Source of the DNA: Xanthomonas campestris pv. campestris str. ATCC 33913 | GTDB taxonomy: Bacteria; Pseudomonadota; Gammaproteobacteria; Xanthomonadales; Xanthomonadaceae | Length of the DNA: 32,000 nt | Assembly (NCBI RefSeq): GCF_000007145.1 | Contig: NC_003902.1 | Coordinates: 2,606,497 to 2,638,496, forward strand | Direction: 5' to 3' | Part shown: one piece after another, positions 27,752-32,000 of the stretch | Numbering within the stretch: the stretch's first letter is position 1 | How the letters are laid out: each line of letters opens with the position of its first letter | Notes under the pieces: model-generated | Database searches by the model: none | Told to the model about the DNA's origin: nothing | Seen by the model: the letters and a program-made list of their open reading frames with translations, nothing else | Position numbers and translations under genes: made by a program

Positions 27752-29645
27752 TGTAGCTGCCCTGCCCCGGCGCCACGTACACGCGCTGGGTCGCCTTCTG
27801 ATAATCGCCGGGCTTGGCGAAGAAGACATTGGGCACGTAGGTCTGCGGGTTGCGGTCGTACAGCGGGAACAGGCTGGACTGCACCTGCACCATCACCCGG
27901 TGGCCCGGCTGGAAGGTGTGATTGGCAGTGGGCAGGCCGAACTGGAATGCCAGCGGCTGGTTGGCTGCCAGCGGCGCGGGCGTGCTGAAACTTTCGCGGT
28001 AGCGGCCGCGGAAGATCGCCATCGACACCGGCAGCTCGTAGCCGCCCATCTTCGGGTCGGCCGCCATCTCGTCCGGGTAGACATCGATCAGCTTGACCAC
28101 CCAATCGCTGTCGCTGCCGCTGGTGGACGCCTGCAGATGCACATCCGGCGCGCCGGCGATCTGCAGCGGTGCGGTCAGCGGCTCGGTGACGAAGGTGAGG
28201 ACGTCCGGGCGGCCATCGACGAAGCGCTGGTCGTGCACCAGCCAGGTGGTCCACATGCTGCGGTCGCCGAAGTCGACCGGGCGTGGCACGAACGGCACCG
28301 GCTTGGCCGGGTCGGACACGTATTCCTCGAACGCCGGTTGCGCAGCCGTTGGCGCCTGGAACGACAGCTTGCCGCCCGCCTGCAGATACAGCGGCTTGCT
28401 CTTGGCGGCGCAGCCCTTGTCGCAGCTGCGTGGCCAGGCCTGCAGGCGGTCCCAATGGTTCTCGCCGGTGTTGTAGATGAACACGGGCGGCGTGGCGGCT
28501 TTCGGCGCGCCATCGACCAGGTACTGGTCGAAGAACGGGCGCAGCACATCGCGACGGAACTGGCGTGCGGTATCGCCGTCGAAATTCAGTGCACCCAGTG
28601 AACTGGCGTCGCTATTGACCTGGCTGTGCCGCCACGGCCCCATCACCAGATAGTTGAGCTTGTTGCTCTTGTCGCGCGGCTCCATCGCCGCGTAACTGTG
28701 GATGGCGCCCCACATATCCTCCTGGTCCCACAGGCCCTGCAACCACATGGTCGGCACTTTCAACGGCGTGCGTGCCATCACCTTGTCCAGCGCCTGCTCC
28801 TGCCAGAAACTGTCGTAGGCGGCGTGTTCGGTGAGCTTGTGCCACCACGGCAGTTGCTCCAGGCCGGCGGCCTTGGCGAAGTCGCCGGCCGAGCCGGCCT
28901 GCAGGAAATTGCTGTAATCGTCGTGCCCCTGACGCGGGATGCCGGCGCCCTTGCCGCGCTTGCTGAGCTGGCCGGTGAAGTAGTCGAAATTGACCTGGCG
29001 GAACGCACCGTAATTGAACCAGTCGTCGCCCATCCAGCCATCGATCATCGGGCTCTCCGGCGCGGCCACCTTCAATGCGGGATGCGGATTGGTCAGCGCC
29101 ATCACCACGGTGAAACCTTCGTAGGACGAGCCGATCATGCCGACCTTGCCGTTGGATTCCTTGACGTTCTTGACCAGCCAATCGATGGTGTCCCACGCAT
29201 CGGTGGCATGGTCGACCTCGCTGGGATTAAGCGGCCCGCGCAACGGCCGGGTCATCACGTAATCGCCTTCCGAGCCGTACTTGCCGCGCACATCCTGGAA
29301 CACGCGGATATAACCGCCTTCCACGAACACGTCATCGCCTGCAGACAACAGGTCCTTCATATGCGGCGAGGCCAGACGCTCGGTGCGGCCGCTGGCGTCG
29401 TACGGCGTGCGCGTGAGTACGATTGGCGCATTGCGCGCGCCCTTGGGCAACACGATCACCGTATGCAGCTTGACCCCGTCGCGCATGGGGATCATCACCT
29501 CGCGCTTGACGTAGTCGTTGGCGGCGTCGCCTGCCACGAACGGCTTGCCGGTGATGTCCGGGGTCATCGGCGAGGTCTGCGCCAGCGCCGCGCTGGTGGC
29601 GGCGGCAACGGCGGTAGCGAGCAGGCAGGCGGCAAGACGACGCAT
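27732..29645 (-). CDS. Alpha-amino-acid ester hydrolase / X-Pro dipeptidyl-peptidase (S15, CocE/NonD) family, secreted
   Basis: ATG 29645 (GGAG 8 nt upstream) in ORF 27732-29846. It has signal peptide MRRLAACLLATAVAAATSAALA, YIRVFQDVRGKYGSEG and the MIGSSYEGF nucleophile motif. It matches what I recall of the Xanthomonas citri AEH beta-lactam acylase family (637 aa). Confidence 0.85.
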   Translation of the reverse strand: MRRLAACLLATAVAAATSAALAQTSPMTPDITGKPFVAGDAANDYVKREVMIPMRDGVKLHTVIVLPKGARNAPIVLTRTPYDASGRTERLASPHMKDLLSAGDDVFVEGGYIRVFQDVRGKYGSEGDYVMTRPLRGPLNPSEVDHATDAWDTIDWLVKNVKESNGKVGMIGSSYEGFTVVMALTNPHPALKVAAPESPMIDGWMGDDWFNYGAFRQVNFDYFTGQLSKRGKGAGIPRQGHDDYSNFLQAGSAGDFAKAAGLEQLPWWHKLTEHAAYDSFWQEQALDKVMARTPLKVPTMWLQGLWDQEDMWGAIHSYAAMEPRDKSNKLNYLVMGPWRHSQVNSDASSLGALNFDGDTARQFRRDVLRPFFDQYLVDGAPKAATPPVFIYNTGENHWDRLQAWPRSCDKGCAAKSKPLYLQAGGKLSFQAPTAAQPAFEEYVSDPAKPVPFVPRPVDFGDRSMWTTWLVHDQRFVDGRPDVLTFVTEPLTAPLQIAGAPDVHLQASTSGSDSDWVVKLIDVYPDEMAADPKMGGYELPVSMAIFRGRYRESFSTPAPLAANQPLAFQFGLPTANHTFQPGHRVMVQVQSSLFPLYDRNPQTYVPNVFFAKPGDYQKATQRVYVAPGQGSYISLPVR

Positions 29646-30030
29646 CGACGACTCCGGAAACTGGGGGGAAGTCGTCGACTGTAGGCAGCGCGGCGGCGCC
29701 GGGGGGAGTGTCAAAGGTCGTGGTTGCGGTGATCCGGCTGCCTGGCGGACGAGCAGGCTGCGCGGTTGGCGGCCTGCGCTAGCTGCGCGTCTGCGTTTGC
29801 GTGATATCCGCATGGAGGGCGTACGCAGCGCAGGCCCTAGATGCACTTCCTATGCAGGGGGAGCGCCGGTTCGACACTCGGTTGCGGGTGATGGCCAGCG
29901 TTTCAGCGACAACGAGGAAGGACGGGGGTCACCATCGCCCGCGCCAGAGCAACGGCCCGGTGCATCGCGTAGCCCGCTGCTGCAACCATGCCTGCGCTGG
30001 CGGCCTGTGCGACAGCACCAGGCCAAGGCG

Positions 30031-31275
30031 TCAGTGCCGCACCTGCCCCTCACCGCGCACCACGAAGCGCTCCACGGTCAGCGCCTCCAGGCCCATCGGG
30101 CCGTACGAATGCAGGCGCGTGGTGGAGATGCCGATCTCCGCGCCCAGGCCGAGTTCGCCACCGTCGGAAAATCGCGAAGACGCATTGACCATCACCACCG
30201 CCGAGCGCAGCGACTGCACGAACGTTTCGGCGTTGGCGGGCGTCTGCGTGGCGATCACCTCGGTGTGATCCGAGCCGTACTGACGGATATGCGCCAGCGC
30301 GGTGTCCAGATCCGGCACCACGCGGATGGCCAGGATAAGGTCCAGGAATTCGGCGGCGTAGTCGTCGTCGCTGGCCGCGGCGATCTCGGGCAGCACTGCG
30401 CGCGTTGCCGCATCGCCACGCAGCTCGACGTTGCGCGCGCGCAACGCAGCGGCGGCGGCGGGGAGAAAGCGTTCGGCAATGTCTGCATGCACCAGCAGGG
30501 TCTCCAGCGAATTGCATGCCGACGGCCGCGAGGCCTTGCCATCCACCAGCAGGCGCACCGCCAGGTCCACGTCGGCCGAGGCATCCACGAACAGATGGCA
30601 CACGCCCTTGTAATGCTTGATCACCGGCACGCGTGCGTGTTCGGCAACAAAACGGATCAGGCCCTCGCCACCGCGCGGAATCGCCAGATCGACGATATCG
30701 CTGAGTTGCAGCAGCTCCAGCATGGTTTCGCGGCGCAGATCCTCGACCAGCGTCAACGCGGCCTCGGGCACATTGGCCTCGCGCAATGCGCCCTGCAGTG
30801 CGCGCGCAATCGCGGTGTTGGAGTGAATCGCCTCCGAGCCGCCACGCAGGATCACGCCGTTGCCGGCCTTGATGCACAGCGCTGCCGCATCAGCGGTCAC
30901 ATTGGGGCGGGCTTCGTAGATCATCGCGATCACCCCCAGCGGCACGCGCACCTTCTGCACGCGGATGCCGTTGGGGCGCACATCGTCGCGCGTGACCTGG
31001 CCCACTGGATCCGGCAGCACGGCTACCTCACGCAACGCCGCGCCCACTGCCGACAAGCGCGCCGGCGTCAGCGTCAGGCGATCGAGCATCGCCGCACCGG
31101 TGCCCTTCTCACGCGCCGCATCCACGTCACGCTGGTTGGCCTGCAGAATCTGCGTCGCATCGGTGTCGAGCGCATTGGCCATGGCCAGCAATAAGGCCTG
31201 CTTGGCGTCTGCGGACAATTGCGACAGCACCTGCGCGGCGTCGCGGCATTGCAGGGCGAGCGATTTGATGGTCAT
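30031..31275 (-). CDS. proA: Gamma-glutamyl phosphate reductase
   Basis: ATG 31275 ([15 protein letters not shown]...) in ORF 30031-31392. [38 protein letters not shown] is the ProA signature. Confidence 0.93.
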   Translation of the reverse strand: MTIKSLALQCRDAAQVLSQLSADAKQALLLAMANALDTDATQILQANQRDVDAAREKGTGAAMLDRLTLTPARLSAVGAALREVAVLPDPVGQVTRDDVRPNGIRVQKVRVPLGVIAMIYEARPNVTADAAALCIKAGNGVILRGGSEAIHSNTAIARALQGALREANVPEAALTLVEDLRRETMLELLQLSDIVDLAIPRGGEGLIRFVAEHARVPVIKHYKGVCHLFVDASADVDLAVRLLVDGKASRPSACNSLETLLVHADIAERFLPAAAAALRARNVELRGDAATRAVLPEIAAASDDDYAAEFLDLILAIRVVPDLDTALAHIRQYGSDHTEVIATQTPANAETFVQSLRSAVVMVNASSRFSDGGELGLGAEIGISTTRLHSYGPMGLEALTVERFVVRGEGQVRH

Positions 31276-31276
31276 T

Positions 31277-31316
31277 GGGGGCAACCGGGAATGGGGAGTG
31301 GGGAATCGGGAATGGC
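31277..31316. repeat. GGGAAT-family repeat arm R4 (G-rich on + strand)
   Basis: GGGGGCAACCGGGAATGGGGAGTGGGGAATCGGGAATGGC starts 1 nt beyond the proA ATG. It carries five G-runs (31277-81, 31287-89, 31293-96, 31300-03, 31308-10). Confidence 0.8.
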
Positions 31317-31381
31317 AACGGCCTGCATCACTGCGTCGTTCACGTCTGAGCATCGGAAACACCACGGGTGTAAGCGCTGTT

Positions 31382-31413
31382 GCGATTCCCAAGTCCCGAT
31401 TCCCGATTCGCGG
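31382..31413. repeat. GGGAAT-family repeat arm R5 (C-rich on + strand)
   Basis: GCGATTCCCAAGTCCCGATTCCCGATTCGCGG ends at the base adjacent to the proB stop codon (31414-31416). It is an imperfect reverse complement of R4. Confidence 0.8.
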
Positions 31414-32000
31414 CTACAAAACTACCAGATCATCACGATGCACCACATTCTCGCCGTAGCTGTAGCCGAGGATCGGTTCGATCTCGCGCGAATGGCGGCG
31501 GGCGATGCGGCGCACATCAAGTGCCGAATACTGGCTCACGCCACGTGCCAGGCAGCGGCTGCCCACGCTGTCGCGCAGGTGGATTTCCACCATGTCGCCA
31601 CGGCGGAAATCGCCTTCGGCACCGGCCACGCCACCGGGTAGCAGCGAGGCGCCCTTGTCGGTGAGCGCCAGCGCGGCGCCGGCGTCGATCAGGATCGTGC
31701 CCGGCTCCACCGGCGCATGCCGCAGCCAGTATTTGCGCGCGGCAATGCGCGTGCGCGCGGCGTGGATGCGCGTGCCGCACAGCCGGTCCTGCGCCAGCCC
31801 GCGCACCACCTCGGCACTGCGGCCGTTGAACAGATAGGTTTCGATCCCGGCCGCACCGGCCTTGGCGGCGGCTTCCAGCTTGGTGCGCATGCCGCCGGTG
31901 CCCACGCTGCTGCCGCTGCCGCCGGCCATCGCCAGCACCTCGGCGCTGAGTTCGGCCACCTCGTCGAGCGGGCGTGCCAGCGGGTTGCTGCGCGGGTCGG
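31414..32000 (-). CDS. proB: Glutamate 5-kinase (C-terminal part incl. PUA domain; 5' end beyond the right edge)
   Basis: The frame of ORF 31414-31959 stays open to 32000. SVGTGGMRTKLEAAAKA.. and the PUA-like GTILIDAGAALALTDKGASLLPGGV...GDMVEI, together with its position upstream of proA, support the call. Confidence 0.9.
   Translation of the reverse strand, partial: DPRSNPLARPLDEVAELSAEVLAMAGGSGSSVGTGGMRTKLEAAAKAGAAGIETYLFNGRSAEVVRGLAQDRLCGTRIHAARTRIAARKYWLRHAPVEPGTILIDAGAALALTDKGASLLPGGVAGAEGDFRRGDMVEIHLRDSVGSRCLARGVSQYSALDVRRIARRHSREIEPILGYSYGENVVHRDDLVVL

Overview
High-GC (roughly 65%) gammaproteobacterial chromosome, almost certainly Xanthomonas. That call rests on my recollection of the plant-type glutamine cyclotransferase and the alpha-amino-acid ester hydrolase sequences; no search was run. 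Nearly all of the window is core housekeeping DNA.

Gene order: LacI-family regulator (partial) | bolA-like/yciI | scpA-scpB-rluB plus a 50-codon mini-ORF | an AT-richer, repeat-laden 0.8 kb spacer | orphan secreted protein | glutamine cyclotransferase | yafV-ybdL (omega-amidase and aminotransferase) | ccmABCDEFGHI (System I cytochrome c maturation) | metX and a CSD-DUF1294 gene | cydDC divergent from cydABX | tRNA-Pro(CGG) | CynX-like MFS transporter | alpha-amino-acid ester hydrolase | proA-proB (partial).

I support 32 CDS (two too short for the ORF track) and one tRNA. I do not see a convincing novel multi-gene system such as a defence island, mobile element or CRISPR array.

The features most worth a second look are non-coding or micro-scale:
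- A GGGAAT-type repeat whose inverted arms exactly fill two intercistronic gaps (proB-proA and ybdL-yafV). It also occurs as an orphan arm after yafV. Canonical G-quadruplex motifs are present.
- Two inverted copies of a ~105-bp palindromic element whose stems differ between copies but remain complementary within each copy.
- A Gly/Pro/Arg-rich 50-codon ORF that continues the RluB low-complexity tail in another frame.
- Oppositely charged ~200-aa tails on the overlapping scpB and rluB genes.
- Paired LacI operators, a perfect FNR-type box between cydDC and cydAB, and an apparently leaderless metX.

All family assignments come from motif recognition by eye. Long shadow ORFs in the track are GC artefacts.
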